NCBI RefSeq assembly: GCF_004010195.1
Contig: NC_057752.1
Coordinates: 14,872,203 to 14,936,202 of the forward strand
Source of the DNA: Chiloscyllium plagiosum
Taxonomy: Eukaryota
DNA: 64,000 bases
Direction: 5' to 3'
Shown: piece after piece, positions 62,109-64,000 of the stretch
How the letters are laid out: every line of letters starts with the position of its first letter
Numbering within the stretch: position 1 is the first letter of the stretch
Translations under genes and position numbers: made by a program
The notes under the pieces: model-generated
What the model saw: only the letters and a program-made list of their open reading frames with translations
Database searches by the model: none
What the model was told of the DNA's origin: nothing

Positions 62109-62449
62109 GTACCAACAGATTTAAGAACAATTTCTTCCTCACTGTTATCAGACTTATGAATGGGCCTCATATATTAGAGTTGATCTTTTTTCTGTACCTT
62201 CTCTGTAGTTGTAACACTACATTCTGCATTGTTTCCTATTACCCTGATGTACTTATGTAAGGTATGATTTGTTTGTAGCACACCAAACAATACTTTTCAC
62301 TGTATCTCAGTACATGTGACAATAATAAATCAGATCAAATGAAATCCGTGAGTTGTGACTGATGAGTACTCTTATTGAAGTTGAATTGATCGCCCAGACT
62401 GAGAAGGGCATTGGGGAGGACTTGGTATCAAAGGCCAGTGAATATGTAA

Positions 62450-63680
62450 CTAAAGAGCTGGTGTAGGAGGAAGGTCTTTCGATATCTAGATCATTGGGAA
62501 CTCTTCCATGACAGGAGGGACCTGTACAGGAAGAACAGATTGCACCTAAACTGGAGCAGCACCAATATACTTGCAGGGAGGTTTGCTAGTGCTACTCAGG
62601 AGGGTAAAGCTAGTGTTGCATGGGTGGGATTCGGCGCAATAGGTCAGCATGAGAAGTGATTTGAGGAGAATGTTGCGGTTAAGTCAAGTAAATCAGACAG
62701 GCAGGGCCAGGTTAATGAACACAGCAAGACTGCCAGCCTGAAGCGTTTTTGTTTCACTGCAAGGAGCATAACAGGTAAGGCAGACGAGCTTTAGATCCTG
62801 AATTAGTACGTGGAACTGCGATGCTTAGCCATTACGGAAACTCAGTTGGGAGAAGGACAGGATTGGCAGCTCAGCATTCCAGGGTTTCGATATTTCAGGT
62901 GTGAGAGAGGATTATTGACTAAGGGGTATGTCACAGCTGCACTAAGAGAGGACATCTTGAAGGGCTCTTCCAGTGAGGCCGTATGGGTATAACTCAGGAG
63001 GAAGAAAGGTACAATCACTATGATAGGATTATACTAAAGGCCTCACAATAGCCAGCAGGAGATAGAGTAATAGGGTATGTAGACAATTTCATAAGTGTAA
63101 AAACAGTAAGTATAGTGGGTGAATTTAGTTTCCTCAATATTGACTGGGATTGCCTTAGTGCCAGGTACTTAGGTGGGCCAGAATTTGTTAGGTACATCCA
63201 GGAAGGTATTTTTTTTTTTAGATTACTTACAGTGTGGAAACAGGCCCTTCGGCCCAACAAGTCCACACCGCCCCGCCGAAGCGCAACCCACCCATACCCC
63301 TACCTTTACCCCTTACCTAACACTATAGACAATTTAGCATGGCCAATTCACCTGACCTGCACATCTTTGTGACTGTGGGAGGAAACCGGAGCACCCGGAG
63401 GAAACCCACGCAGACACGGGGAGAATGTGCAGACTCCACAATGTCAGTCGCCTGAGGCGGGAATTGAACCCGGATCTCTGGCGCTATGAGGCAGCAGTGC
63501 TAACCACTGTGCCACCGTGCCGCCCACTATTGTTGTGAAACAATTTCTAGATAGTCCAACCAGGAAAAGGGCCGGACTTGACCTTGTATTGGGGAATGAC
63601 CAGATGGTTGAAGTTTCAGTGTTTTGAGCATTTTAAGAACTGTAATCATAATTGTGTAAGTTTTAAGATAGCTATGGATG
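62450..63680 (+). mobile_element. CR1 ORF1 end and endonuclease start
   Basis: LHLNWSSTNILAGRFA; AITETQL; GEFSFLNIDW. Confidence 0.8.
63218..63525 (-). mobile_element. HE1 SINE (young)
   Basis: Full-length structure. Confidence 0.93.
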
Positions 63681-63682
63681 AT

Positions 63683-63915
63683 TGATTAGATTAGATTAGA
63701 TTCCCTACAGTGTGGTAACAGGCCCTTCAGCCCAACCAGTCCACACCGACCCTCCGAAGAGTAACCCACCCAGACCCAATTCCCTGTGACTAATGCACCT
63801 AACACTATGGGCAATTAAGCATGGCCAATTCACCTGACCTGCACATCTTTGGCATGTGGGAGGAAATCCATGCAGACCTGGGGAGAATGTGCGAACTCCA
63901 CACAGTCGCCCGAGG
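63683..63915 (-). mobile_element. HE1 SINE, 5'-truncated
   Basis: Tail and V-domain only. Confidence 0.85.
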
Positions 63916-64000
63916 ACTTGTAGGAAAGCAATTGCTTTACTTGACCCTTTACTTAAACAAAACTTCCAGCTCCTGAGACTAACTTCCTAACTTTGGAGAA

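Larger units (their letters stand above)
53550..62345 (+). mobile_element. Rex1/Babar-type LINE split into four pieces (53550-53960, 54585-54805, 61278-61363, 62109-62345)
   Basis: NTGSPQSCVL...KFVDDATIMG...LNVSKTKGLVINFRK; FYRCTIESIVSGCISAWYGN; IKDPSHLGYTLF..LPLGRR; AATAAA tail at ~62324. Confidence 0.8.

Noticed and set aside
6286..63915. tRNA genes at the SINE heads
   Set aside because: The A/B boxes run directly into the V-domain and LINE tail, so these are SINEs.

Overview
Repeat-saturated eukaryotic genomic DNA from a cartilaginous fish. About a dozen HE1-type tRNA-derived V-SINEs point to a shark or ray. Most of the window is nested retroelements: many CR1 LINE fragments, several Penelope-like element (PLE) families, a decayed Gypsy element, a solo LTR, a split Rex1/Babar LINE, L2 and Deu-SINE relics and a dispersed ~68-bp satellite. 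I found no intact protein-coding gene; most short ORFs in the track are TE fragments or noise. The main non-TE signal is a hidden + strand gene of about eight exons across 729-~27335. Splice phases agree across consecutive exons, but the frame carries several in-frame stops, apparent frameshifts and a PLE insertion in the last exon. It therefore reads as an unprocessed pseudogene of a protein I cannot name. Other notable signals: many minimal hammerhead-ribozyme motifs in PLE termini, often as fold-back pairs with 9-16 bp target-site duplications (TSDs); an unclassified ~161-bp TA-flanked element present twice in inverted orientation around two pseudogene exons; deep nested-insertion stacks; and local fold-back inverted duplications. 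All calls are by eye, and TE boundaries are approximate.
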